Part shown: piece by piece, positions 40,537-49,549 of the stretch
Numbering within the stretch: position 1 is the first letter of the stretch
Layout: each line of letters starts with the position of its first letter
Source: Clostridia bacterium 41_269
Lineage (GTDB): Bacteria; Bacillota; DTU086
DNA length: 64,000 bases
Assembly (NCBI GenBank): GCA_001508005.1
Contig: LGEZ01000002.1
Span: forward strand, 4,354 to 68,353
Reading direction: 5' to 3'
The notes under the pieces: model-generated
What the model was told of the DNA's origin: nothing
The model's database searches: none
Seen by the model: the letters and a program-made list of their open reading frames with translations, nothing else
Position numbers and translations under genes: made by a program

Positions 40537-41793
40537 ATGAATAAAAATATGAGTTTTTACTTAATAGAACAAGTTTTTCCCAGTACTTCTTGTTTGTTAA
40601 ATTTAAAAAAGCATATTATTGCTGAAATGGAGCAAAAAGGTTTTCTAAATAAAATAAAATCTGGAATGAAAATTGGATTGGTTGTGGGCAGTAGAAATAT
40701 AACAAAAATTAATGAAATTATCACTATATTGGTAGAATTGATTAAAAGACAAAGAGCAAAACCCGTTGTGATTTGTGCAATGGGCAGTCATGGGGGAGGT
40801 ACAGTTGAAGGTCAGCTGGAAGTCTTGAAAAAGCTGGGAATAACTTCCTCATCTGTAGGTGCACCTATTTTAGCATCTTTAGATTCCCACTGTTTAGGTA
40901 ATGTTCAAGGCCAACCGGTATATGTCAATTCCCTTGCCTTTGAATGTGATTTTCTGATTCCCATTAATAGAATAAAACCCCATACTTCTTTTAAAGGAAA
41001 AGTTGAAAGCGGTTTAACGAAAATGCTTGTGGTTGGCTTAGGAGGTCCCAATGGTGCTGAGGTTTTCCATGGCTTAAGATACGAGCAAATGCCGCAAATG
41101 CTTATTGAAATGGGCAAGTTAATTGTTGAAAAACTTCCTATTTTGTGCGGAATAGGTATCGTAGAGAATGCTTACAAACAAATTGATACACTTGTTATTT
41201 GTTCCAAAAGGGATTTTATAAAATATGATATGCTTCTGCTGGAAAAAGCAAGAAAGCTGTACCCTTCCCTGCCCTTTGAATATCTTGATGTTTTGGTAGT
41301 GGAACAAATGGGTAAATGTTTCAGCGGGACCGGTATGGATACAAATGTAATTGGAAGGTATGGTATTCGAGGGGTTAAGGATGGAAAACCAAAGATTGAA
41401 TGTCTTGTAGTTCTCGACCTAGCAGAAATGTCTGCTGGAAATGCAAATGGGATAGGTTTAGCTGATATAACTACTATGAAGCTAATAAGTAAAATTGATT
41501 ATCAGATTACCTTAAAAAATGTTCTAACAACAACTTTTTTAGATAGAATAAAGCTTCCGGCGGCTTTTGAAAATGATTTGAAAGCCATTGAGGCATCTTT
41601 AAAAGTTGTGAAAAAACCACATGAACAAATATGCTTAGCTTTTATAAAAAACACCCAAGACATTTATAGGTTTTTTGTTACTGCCCCTTTAGTAAAGGAA
41701 ATTTTGGATAAAAAAAATTTAAAAGTATTAGATGGTCCCTTTCATATGGTATTTAATGAAAAAGGAGATTTTTTAAATTTCCAAAAAGTATAA
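40537..41793 (+). CDS. LarA-superfamily (lactate racemase domain, DUF2088-like) protein
   Basis: GSRNI, AMGSHGG, NRIKPHT.F.G.VESG, GK..SGTGMDTNV. Confidence 0.8.
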   Translation: MNKNMSFYLIEQVFPSTSCLLNLKKHIIAEMEQKGFLNKIKSGMKIGLVVGSRNITKINEIITILVELIKRQRAKPVVICAMGSHGGGTVEGQLEVLKKLGITSSSVGAPILASLDSHCLGNVQGQPVYVNSLAFECDFLIPINRIKPHTSFKGKVESGLTKMLVVGLGGPNGAEVFHGLRYEQMPQMLIEMGKLIVEKLPILCGIGIVENAYKQIDTLVICSKRDFIKYDMLLLEKARKLYPSLPFEYLDVLVVEQMGKCFSGTGMDTNVIGRYGIRGVKDGKPKIECLVVLDLAEMSAGNANGIGLADITTMKLISKIDYQITLKNVLTTTFLDRIKLPAAFENDLKAIEASLKVVKKPHEQICLAFIKNTQDIYRFFVTAPLVKEILDKKNLKVLDGPFHMVFNEKGDFLNFQKV

Positions 41794-41813
41794 AAGCAAG
41801 GGGATTATTTTTT

Positions 41814-42029
41814 ATGGAAATTTTTAGAACAATCCATTATGCTTGGTGCAATTGGTGCAAAATGAACGTAGTTATGACATGTTTTTTAGTAGAAAATAAA
41901 AGCAGAAAAAGTGTTCACGAGGAACCTATACACTGTCCAAAGTGCAGGGAGTTTTTGGGTAGGGTTAATGTTGACAGAGGATTTGAAATTTTATGTATTT
42001 TTTATGATTATTTGGGAAAGATGGGGTAA
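41814..42029 (+). CDS. Small Cys-rich putative Zn-binding protein
   Basis: RBS AAGGGG; WCNWC and HCPKC. Confidence 0.6.
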   Translation: MEIFRTIHYAWCNWCKMNVVMTCFLVENKSRKSVHEEPIHCPKCREFLGRVNVDRGFEILCIFYDYLGKMG

Positions 42030-42099
42030 CGGTAGTGAAAATTAAGTAATTGTTTGGGCATTAAAAAACTTTCTGATGCACTTACACTAAAATCAGCCA

Positions 42100-42140
42100 T
42101 AAAAAATGCCTCCCCAGAGACATCGTAATCAATGGGGAGG
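42100..42140 (-). terminator. Terminator downstream of the tRNA
   Basis: CCTCCCCA/TGGGGAGG hairpin with T-run on the minus strand. Confidence 0.6.
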
Positions 42141-42173
42141 GTCAGGCAGTAAAAACTGTTGGGTCTCAAGCTC

Positions 42174-42250
42174 TGGCGCGCCCGGCAGGACTTGAACCTG
42201 CGACCACCGGACTCGGACTCCGTTACTCTATCCACCTGAGCTACGGGCGC
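42174..42250 (-). tRNA. tRNA-Arg(CCG) with atypical anticodon loop
   Basis: GCGCCCG-TA-GCTC-AGGTGGATA-GAGT-A-ACGGA-GTCCGAG-TCCGG-TGGTC-GCAGG-TTCAAGT-CCTGC-CGGGCGC-G-CCA; A20, C35, G73 Arg identity elements; encoded CCA. Confidence 0.88.
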
Positions 42251-42265
42251 ACACTATTCAAGGTT

Positions 42266-42294
42266 ATTATATAGCACTGAAACTTCTGCGTCAA
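42266..42294 (-). promoter_or_regulatory. Sigma-A promoter of the tRNA
   Basis: TTGACG-N17-TATAAT on the minus strand. Confidence 0.85.
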
Positions 42295-42443
42295 ACAAAT
42301 GCTTTAGTTCAATAATTTTAAACTAATTTAATATTTTATTTAAAAAATAATTTACATTGTCTTAATTGTTTTTTCGTTTTATTTATGATACTCTAATTTT
42401 AGAAATACAGTATACAAAAAACAAAAAATAGGAGGTTCTTTGA

Positions 42444-42575
42444 TTGGATTACCTGGTGACGTGGATTGAAGGTGAAGAGGTAGTTTATTTTATCGTTGAT
42501 GAAAAAGATTTATGTCGCCTAGGGGGGAAAAAGGATAAGAACTGCATAATAACACAGATAAAAGGAACTCATTGA
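42444..42575 (+). CDS. Small hypothetical protein (43 aa; not in ORF track)
   Basis: AGGAGG RBS, TTG start; MDYLVTWIEGEEVVYFIVDEKDLCRLGGKKDKNCIITQIKGTH; terminator at ~42650-42680. Confidence 0.7.
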   Translation: MDYLVTWIEGEEVVYFIVDEKDLCRLGGKKDKNCIITQIKGTH

Positions 42576-42759
42576 TAATTTATAATGATAATTTCTGCCA
42601 TGCTTAATTTTTTTCAAAAAATGCAGTTATATTTGCAAAGATCATTCTGGCACCGGTGTGTATTCCGGTGCTTTTTTATTTATTTTCCTTGCGCAGATGG
42701 GAAAAATTAGATATGATCAGCTGGAAATCACAGATTAAAAGATGGATGGTGTTTTGGCT

Positions 42760-43770
42760 ATGAGAGTATCAGATATAGGGGAGTTTGGTTTAATTGATTT
42801 AATTAAAAATGATACGTTGTACAACCCCAGCGACGTTGTTGTGGGCATTGGTGATGATACCGCAGTTTTAAAGCATCCCCCTGAGAAATTGTTGTTAGCC
42901 ACTACGGACATGATGATTGAAAATGTTCATTTCGTTGTAATGCCGGACAATGGAGAGCAGATAGGATATCGAGCAATGGCTGCTAATGTCAGTGATATTG
43001 CTTCCATGGGAGGCTTTCCTACCCATGCTATGATTTCTATCGGTGTGAGACCTGAAATGGAAGCTTCATATATTGAACAGGTATATAACGGCTTAAAAAA
43101 ATGTTCAAAATTATATGGTGTTAATATAGTTGGCGGTGACACTGTATCTTCTCCTCAAAATTTAGTAATAAATGTGGCTCTTTTGGGTGTAGTTGAGCAG
43201 GAAAATTATTTGCTTCGTTCTGGAGCTAAGCCGGGAGATATAATATTGGTAACGGGATATCTTGGTGATTCAAGAGCAGGTTTGGAGCTTATAACAAATA
43301 GAGTTAAAGTTTCCAAGAAAACGGAGGAATATCTCCTTAAAAGGCATTATTATCCTACACCCAGAGTAAAGGAGATAAGAGCGGCTTTAAAAGCTGCACC
43401 AATAAATTCAGCCGATGATATTAGTGATGGCTTAGGTAACGAAATACACGAAATTGCTTCTGCTAGTAATGTGGGAGCTGTAATTTGGTTTGATTCATTA
43501 CCCATTTCTGATGCTGTAAAAGAGGTAGCAGATTTAACGAAAAAAGATTTATTGGATTATGTTTTGTTTGGAGGCGAAGATTTTGAAATTGTTATGACTG
43601 CAGACCCAGAAAATGCTGAACTCATTGCTAAGGTAATTAAAGATGAGACAGGTACTGAAGCAACAATTATTGGTAAAATTGTTGATAGATCAGAGGGAAT
43701 TTTGCTGTTTAGAGATAATCAGTATAAAAAGATTGAGAAGAAAGGATATATCCATTTTAAACAAAAATAG
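42760..43770 (+). CDS. thiL: Thiamine-monophosphate kinase
   Basis: GEFGLI, GIGDD, NVSDIASMGG, GGDT, DISDG, GGEDFE. Confidence 0.95.
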   Translation: MRVSDIGEFGLIDLIKNDTLYNPSDVVVGIGDDTAVLKHPPEKLLLATTDMMIENVHFVVMPDNGEQIGYRAMAANVSDIASMGGFPTHAMISIGVRPEMEASYIEQVYNGLKKCSKLYGVNIVGGDTVSSPQNLVINVALLGVVEQENYLLRSGAKPGDIILVTGYLGDSRAGLELITNRVKVSKKTEEYLLKRHYYPTPRVKEIRAALKAAPINSADDISDGLGNEIHEIASASNVGAVIWFDSLPISDAVKEVADLTKKDLLDYVLFGGEDFEIVMTADPENAELIAKVIKDETGTEATIIGKIVDRSEGILLFRDNQYKKIEKKGYIHFKQK

Positions 43771-43786
43771 CTGGGAGGTTTATGAA

Positions 43787-45037
43787 TTGTCTTCTGCCTT
43801 TTCCTATCATATAAAGGATATATCTTTAGCTCCTGAAGGAGAGAAGAAAATAGAGTGGGTAAAAGCTCATATGCCTGTTTTAAACAGACTGAAAAAAATA
43901 TTTGAAGATGATAAGCCCCTTAAGGGATATACTGTGGCTATGTGCCTTCACCTTGAAGCAAAAACAGCTTTTCTGGCACGGGTTATACATTCTTGGGGTG
44001 CCAAAGTTGTTATGTGTGCAAGCAATCCCCTTTCCACTCAAGATGATGTGGTTGCAGCTCTCGTAAAAAAAGGAATAAGCGTTTTTGCTATTCGAGGGAG
44101 CAGTGAACAGGATTACATAAATTATCTCCACATGGTGCTGGATCAGGAGCCCGATCTTTTAATTGATGATGGTGGAGATTTGACTGCACTGCTGCATGGG
44201 GATAGGCTTGAACAGGCTGAACGAATTATAGGCGGCTGTGAGGAGACAACCACCGGGATTAGAAGGCTTTGTGCATTGGAAAAGGAAGGTTTGCTGAAGT
44301 TTCCTATGATTGCCGTTAATAATGCCCAATGTAAGTATCTGTTTGACAATAGATATGGAACAGGACAATCTGTTTGGGATGCTATTAACAGTGTAACCAA
44401 TCTTATTGTAGCTGGAAAAACTGTTGTGGTAATTGGATATGGATGGTGTGGTAAAGGCGTTGCTTTAAGAGCAAAGGGGCTTGGAGCTAGAGTAATTGTC
44501 TGCGAAGTTGATCCCATAAGAGCCAATGAAGCATTGATGGATGGTTATGAGGTGATGAAGCTTTCAGATGCAGCACCCAAGGGAGATTATTTTATTACGG
44601 TTACAGGCAATATTGGAGTAATTAGAGAAGAGCATTATAAAAAAATGAAGAATGGTGCCATTTTAGCAAATGCAGGGCACTTTGATGTAGAAATTGATAA
44701 AAATGATCTTGATAAAATATCGGTTTCTAAGCGAATTGTTAAGGAAGGCATTGAAGAATACACTTTGGCTAATGGAAATAAAATTTATCTTTTAGGAGAA
44801 GGAAGGCTTGTTAATCTAGCATGTGGAAACGGGCATCCTGCAGAAATAATGGATATGAGCTTTGCACTTCAGGCTATGTCCATAAAGTTTCTTGTGGAAA
44901 ATAAAAAAATAGGCCCAGGAGTTCATCCAGTGCCTTATGAAATAGATAGGGAAGTTGCAAAAATAAGGCTACAGGCTTTGGGCATTGAAATAGATACCAT
45001 GGACAGAAAACAGAAGGATTATATGGAAAGCTGGTAA
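43787..45037 (+). CDS. ahcY: Adenosylhomocysteinase
   Basis: HLEAKT, SNPLSTQDD, DDGGD, EETTTG, FDNRYGTGQS, NAGHFD, GRLVNL; TTG start behind GGGAGG. Confidence 0.96.
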   Translation: MSSAFSYHIKDISLAPEGEKKIEWVKAHMPVLNRLKKIFEDDKPLKGYTVAMCLHLEAKTAFLARVIHSWGAKVVMCASNPLSTQDDVVAALVKKGISVFAIRGSSEQDYINYLHMVLDQEPDLLIDDGGDLTALLHGDRLEQAERIIGGCEETTTGIRRLCALEKEGLLKFPMIAVNNAQCKYLFDNRYGTGQSVWDAINSVTNLIVAGKTVVVIGYGWCGKGVALRAKGLGARVIVCEVDPIRANEALMDGYEVMKLSDAAPKGDYFITVTGNIGVIREEHYKKMKNGAILANAGHFDVEIDKNDLDKISVSKRIVKEGIEEYTLANGNKIYLLGEGRLVNLACGNGHPAEIMDMSFALQAMSIKFLVENKKIGPGVHPVPYEIDREVAKIRLQALGIEIDTMDRKQKDYMESW

Positions 45038-45064
45038 TAATGAACCCTAGGAGGTAGATTTTTA

Positions 45065-46615
45065 GTGTCAAATGATGAAAAAATCCTAGAGTTAAGGAAT
45101 AAATTGGAAAAAGCAAAGCTTGGTGGAGGAGAAAAGCGCATTTCAAAACAGCATGAATCTGGGAAAAAAACTGCAAGGGAACGAATTGAAATGCTTTTGG
45201 ATCCTGGAAGCTTTACGGAGCTGGGTACTTTTGTGGAACACCGCTGTCATGATTTTGGAATGGAAAAAAATAAATTCCTTGGAGATGGAGTTATTACAGG
45301 ATATGGCACCATTAATGGACGCAGAGTATGTATTTTTGCACAGGATTTTACTGTTTTTGGAGGAAGTTTGGGAGAAATGCACGCAAAAAAAATATGCAGT
45401 ATTATGGATTTAGCTTTAAAGACTGGCGTTCCAATTATTGGAATAAATGATTCTGGAGGAGCTCGAATACAAGAGGGAATAGATTCTTTAAACGGCTATG
45501 GGGAAATTTTTAGAAGAAATACAATGGCTTCAGGAGTAATACCTCAAATTGCTGTTATTATGGGTCCCTGTGCAGGGGGAGCTGTTTATTCTCCAGGTTT
45601 AATGGATTTTATTTTTATGGTTGAAAAAACCAGTCAAATGTTTATTACTGGGCCTCAGGTTATAAAAGCTGCTACAGGGGAAGAAATCAGCTATGAAGAA
45701 TTAGGTGGAGCTGTTGTTCACAGCCGCGAAAGTGGTGTTGCTCATTTTAGAGCCGAAAATGAGCAGAGGTGTTTTGAGCTTTTAAAAACCCTTTTAACAT
45801 ATCTTCCGGATAATAATTCAAGCTTCCCAGAGACCATAGAATACAGTGATAATAAAAAGCTCATTTTAGAAGATTTAAACAAAATTATACCTTCAGATCC
45901 AAATAGAAGTTATGATGTTAAAGAGATTATTAAAGCTGTTGTAGATGACAAAACTTTTTTTGAGATTCAGAGTGAATATGCTGCAAACATAGTAATTGGA
46001 TTTGCCCGTATTAACGGTAAAGTTGTAGGTATAGTTGCAAATCAACCAAGGAAGCTTGCAGGCTGTTTGGACATCGACAGTGCAGATAAAAGTGCAAGAT
46101 TTGTAAGATTTTGTGATGCCTTTAATATTCCCCTTTTAACTTTTGTTGACACTCCTGGATTTCTACCAGGAACACGGCAGGAACATGGGGGAATCATTAG
46201 ACATGGAGCAAAGCTTTTATATGCTTACTCCGAAGCTACTGTACCGAAAATTACAGTTGTATTAAGGAAAGCATACGGCGGTGCTTATTTAGCTATGTGT
46301 TCTAAATCTTTAGGTGCAGATCAGGTTTTTGCTTGGCCTACAGCGGAAATAGCCGTTATGGGGCCAGAAGGTGCTGCAAACATTATTTTCAGAAAAGAAA
46401 TTTCTGAAGCAGAGGACCCTGAAAGCGTAAGAAAGGAAAAAATAAACCAGTATAGAGAAATTTTTGCCAATCCTTACATTGCTGCAGCAAGGGGTTATGT
46501 TGATCAAGTTATAGAACCCCAATATACCAGAAAAGTTATTATAAAAGCTCTTGAATCTCTTGCAACAAAAAAAGAATCAAGGCCTTCTAAAAAGCATGGA
46601 AATATTCCATTATAA
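45065..46615 (+). CDS. Acyl-CoA carboxyltransferase (methylmalonyl-CoA decarboxylase alpha / PccB type)
   Basis: QDFTVFGGSLGE, DSGGARIQEG, GPCAGGAVY, RKAYGGAY, KKHGNIPL. Confidence 0.92.
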   Translation: MSNDEKILELRNKLEKAKLGGGEKRISKQHESGKKTARERIEMLLDPGSFTELGTFVEHRCHDFGMEKNKFLGDGVITGYGTINGRRVCIFAQDFTVFGGSLGEMHAKKICSIMDLALKTGVPIIGINDSGGARIQEGIDSLNGYGEIFRRNTMASGVIPQIAVIMGPCAGGAVYSPGLMDFIFMVEKTSQMFITGPQVIKAATGEEISYEELGGAVVHSRESGVAHFRAENEQRCFELLKTLLTYLPDNNSSFPETIEYSDNKKLILEDLNKIIPSDPNRSYDVKEIIKAVVDDKTFFEIQSEYAANIVIGFARINGKVVGIVANQPRKLAGCLDIDSADKSARFVRFCDAFNIPLLTFVDTPGFLPGTRQEHGGIIRHGAKLLYAYSEATVPKITVVLRKAYGGAYLAMCSKSLGADQVFAWPTAEIAVMGPEGAANIIFRKEISEAEDPESVRKEKINQYREIFANPYIAAARGYVDQVIEPQYTRKVIIKALESLATKKESRPSKKHGNIPL

Positions 46616-46636
46616 TTGGGGGTTAATGGATTAACT

Positions 46637-47479
46637 ATGCGTGAAGTACATTGGGAAAGAATTTCTAAAGCGGTTGCAGAGCTTTTTAAAAAAATAAATT
46701 ATTATTTGAATGAGGATGTTTATAATGCTTTAAAAAAAAGTTTAGAGATTGAGGAATCACCTGTGGGGAAAAGGGTTCTTTGTCAGCTTTTGGAAAATGC
46801 AGAAATAGCAGCAGAAGAAAGGATTCCTTTATGTCAAGACACTGGAATTGCTGTTGTCTTTATCAGTTTAGGTCAGGAAGTTATCATAAAAGGGAAAAAT
46901 TTGGAGGATGCTGTTAATATTGGAGTTGCCGAGGGCTACAGTGAAGGATATTTAAGAAAATCAGTGGTAAGGGATCCTATAAAAAGAATAAATACAGGTA
47001 ATAACACACCAGCGATAATTCATACGGAAATTATACCCGGTGATAAAATCAAGATAACAGTATCTGCCAAAGGTGGAGGCAGTGAAAATATGAGTGCGAT
47101 GTCCATGCTTTCTCCTGCGGCAGGCAGTGAAGGGATAATTGATTTTGTACTGGAAACAGTTAAAAGAGCCGGGCCAAATCCTTGCCCACCAATTATTGTT
47201 GGGGTCGGTGTTGGAGGTAATTTTGAGCTTGCTCCTCTGCTTGCAAAAAAGGCTTTATTGAGACCCCTTAATGAGAAAAATGAAGATGAATTTTGGAGAA
47301 ATATGGAAGATATTCTTCTGCAGAAAATAAACAGCTTGGGAATAGGACCCCAAGGTTTTGGAGGCCGCATTACTGCATTAAAAGTATCGATAGAAACTTT
47401 CCCATGCCATATTGCAAGCCTTCCCGTTGCAGTAAATATTGATTGCCACTGTCATCGACATTGGACCATTGAAATATGA
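46637..47479 (+). CDS. Class I fumarate hydratase, alpha subunit
   Basis: PLCQDTG, KGGGSEN, GPNPCPP, CHIASLPVAVN. Confidence 0.9.
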   Translation: MREVHWERISKAVAELFKKINYYLNEDVYNALKKSLEIEESPVGKRVLCQLLENAEIAAEERIPLCQDTGIAVVFISLGQEVIIKGKNLEDAVNIGVAEGYSEGYLRKSVVRDPIKRINTGNNTPAIIHTEIIPGDKIKITVSAKGGGSENMSAMSMLSPAAGSEGIIDFVLETVKRAGPNPCPPIIVGVGVGGNFELAPLLAKKALLRPLNEKNEDEFWRNMEDILLQKINSLGIGPQGFGGRITALKVSIETFPCHIASLPVAVNIDCHCHRHWTIEI

Positions 47480-47496
47480 TTTTTTAAGGCGGTGTT

Positions 47497-48054
47497 TTGA
47501 ATGGGGTAAAAAGGCTGTCTGCGCCACTAAATGAAAAACAGCTTTTAAATCTAAGAGCTGGTGATGAGGTGAGTATATATGGCGTAATCTACACAGCCCG
47601 GGATGCTGCCCATAAAAGAATTTATGAAATTATAAAAAATGGAGACAAAATGCCCTTTGATCCTGAGGGGCAAATCATCTATTATGTCGGTCCCACTCCA
47701 CCTCGTCCTGGTAGAGTTATTGGTTCAGCTGGCCCAACTACCAGCTGCAGAATGGACAAGTATACTCCCCTTCTTCTTGAAAAGGGTATAAAAGCTGTTA
47801 TAGGTAAAGGAAAGAGATCAGAGGAGATTAAAAAGTCATTTATTGAAAATGGGGCAGTTTATTTAGTTGCCTTGGGTGGAGCCGGTGCTCTTCTCAGCAG
47901 ACACATAGTAAGGGCAGAAGTAATTGCCTTTGAAGATTTAGGACCGGAAGCAATATACAAAATGGAAGTGGAAGGCTTTCCTGCTTTTGTGTGTTATGAT
48001 CTATACGGCAGAGATCTTTTTGAAGAAGGGATAAAAAAATATAGAAAGGAATGA
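47497..48054 (+). CDS. Class I fumarate hydratase, beta subunit
   Basis: YTARDAAH, YYVGP, GPTTS.RM, IGKG. Confidence 0.9.
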   Translation: MNGVKRLSAPLNEKQLLNLRAGDEVSIYGVIYTARDAAHKRIYEIIKNGDKMPFDPEGQIIYYVGPTPPRPGRVIGSAGPTTSCRMDKYTPLLLEKGIKAVIGKGKRSEEIKKSFIENGAVYLVALGGAGALLSRHIVRAEVIAFEDLGPEAIYKMEVEGFPAFVCYDLYGRDLFEEGIKKYRKE

Positions 48055-49262
48055 AGAAAATGTCGCTTAGGGAAAGAGCATTAAAGCTTCATAGGGAAAA
48101 AAAGGGGAAAATAGCGGTAAAAAGTAAAATAGAGTTAAAAACTATGGAAGATCTTACTTTGGCATATACACCTGGGGTTGCTGAACCCTGCAAAGAAATT
48201 TTCAATGATCCTGAGAAAGTTTATGAGTATACTGGAAAGGGAAATGCAGTGGCAGTTGTAACCAATGGAAGTGCGGTTTTAGGCTTAGGAGATATTGGAC
48301 CTAAAGCTTCTCTCCCTGTTATGGAAGGTAAGTGTGTTTTATTTAAAACCCTTGCAGATATTGATGCATACCCGATACTGCTTGATTCAAAGGATGTTGA
48401 AGAAATAATAAATACAATTAAAATCATTTCTCCTGGTTTCGGAGGAATAAATCTAGAAGACATTAAAGCTCCTTTATGTTTTGAAATTGAAGAAAAGCTA
48501 AAATCCCAGTTGGATATACCGGTTTTTCATGATGATCAACATGGAACAGCTATTGTTGTTTTAGCTGCTCTAACAAATGGCCTGAAAGTTGTTGGTAAAG
48601 AGCTGCAGGATTGCAAGATAGTTATAAATGGTGCTGGAGCAGCAGGTTTGGCTGTTGCAAAGCTGCTTTTAAATCTCAATGTTAAAGATATTAAAGTATG
48701 TGATTTGGAAGGTGTGCTTTATCCAGGCAGTCCCCAATGTACTTATCCTTTGAGAGAAGAAATAGCAATAAAAACAAATCCAAGGGGGCAAAAAGGAAGT
48801 TTAAAAGAAGTGATAGAAGGGGCTGATATTTTTATAGGACTTTCAGGGCCCAATGTTCTTAATGCGGAAATGGTGTCTTCTATGGCAAAAGATCCCATAA
48901 TTATGGCATTGGCGAATCCAGTTCCTGAAATAATGCCTGAAGAAGCCATAAAGGGTGGAGCAAAAGTGGTTTTTACAGGACGTTCCGATTTTCCTAATCA
49001 GGTAAATAATGTTTCTGCCTTTCCAGGAGTTTTTCGTGGTGCCTTAGATGTAAAAGCAAAGGAAATAAATGAAAAAATGAAAATAGCTGCTGCTTATGCA
49101 CTGGCGGAGCTGGTTTCTCCTAATGAATTGAGGGAAGATTTTGCTGTAGCAAGTGTCCTTGATCCTAGGGTTGTTCCATCAGTAGCAAAAGCAGTGGCAA
49201 AGGCAGCAGTTGAAACAAATGTAGCTCGTTTAGATATAGATCCTGAAAGCTTATATAAATAA
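48051..49262 (+). CDS. NAD(P)-dependent malic enzyme
   Basis: AYTPGVA, PVMEGK, INLEDI, FHDDQHGTA, TGRSDFPNQVNN. Confidence 0.95.
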   Translation: MKKMSLRERALKLHREKKGKIAVKSKIELKTMEDLTLAYTPGVAEPCKEIFNDPEKVYEYTGKGNAVAVVTNGSAVLGLGDIGPKASLPVMEGKCVLFKTLADIDAYPILLDSKDVEEIINTIKIISPGFGGINLEDIKAPLCFEIEEKLKSQLDIPVFHDDQHGTAIVVLAALTNGLKVVGKELQDCKIVINGAGAAGLAVAKLLLNLNVKDIKVCDLEGVLYPGSPQCTYPLREEIAIKTNPRGQKGSLKEVIEGADIFIGLSGPNVLNAEMVSSMAKDPIIMALANPVPEIMPEEAIKGGAKVVFTGRSDFPNQVNNVSAFPGVFRGALDVKAKEINEKMKIAAAYALAELVSPNELREDFAVASVLDPRVVPSVAKAVAKAAVETNVARLDIDPESLYK

Positions 49263-49378
49263 ATTTGAAAAGATGATAAAGTGAAATATTACCAAAAATC
49301 TTATTTGGGAGCAAAATCACCCCGTGTATAAAAATTAATAGAATAGTATGTAGGTATTAATTTCAAAGGGGTGAAAGT

Positions 49379-49447
49379 ATGCGTATATATTTTATTAGAT
49401 TACCTGGGGTGATAAAAAACCTGCTCCGTAAAATATTAAAGCAGTAA
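49379..49447 (+). CDS. spoVM: SpoVM-like amphipathic sporulation peptide (22 aa; not in ORF track)
   Basis: AAAGGGGTG RBS; MRIYFIRLPGVIKNLLRKILKQ aligns with B. subtilis SpoVM MKFYTIKLPKFLGG..., Pro9 retained; terminator follows. Confidence 0.75.
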   Translation: MRIYFIRLPGVIKNLLRKILKQ

Positions 49448-49482
49448 AAGAGGGAGTAAATAAACTCTCTCTTTTTTATTTT
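49446..49482 (+). terminator. Terminator after the spoVM-like gene
   Basis: AAAAGAGGGAGT/ACTCTCTCTTTT plus T-run. Confidence 0.75.
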
Positions 49483-49549
49483 TTGACATAATTAGAAGTT
49501 TATGAACCTAAAATTAGTTAAGGGGGTATTAACAAGGAGGAGTATTATC

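Noticed and set aside
38960-42174. tRNA-integrated mobile island
   Set aside because: No integrase, and I found no duplicated tRNA 3' end (att) by eye
42576-42760. TPP or SAM riboswitch ahead of thiL-ahcY
   Set aside because: No UGAGA-type TPP core or AUC.AGA S-box core found; only a terminator hairpin
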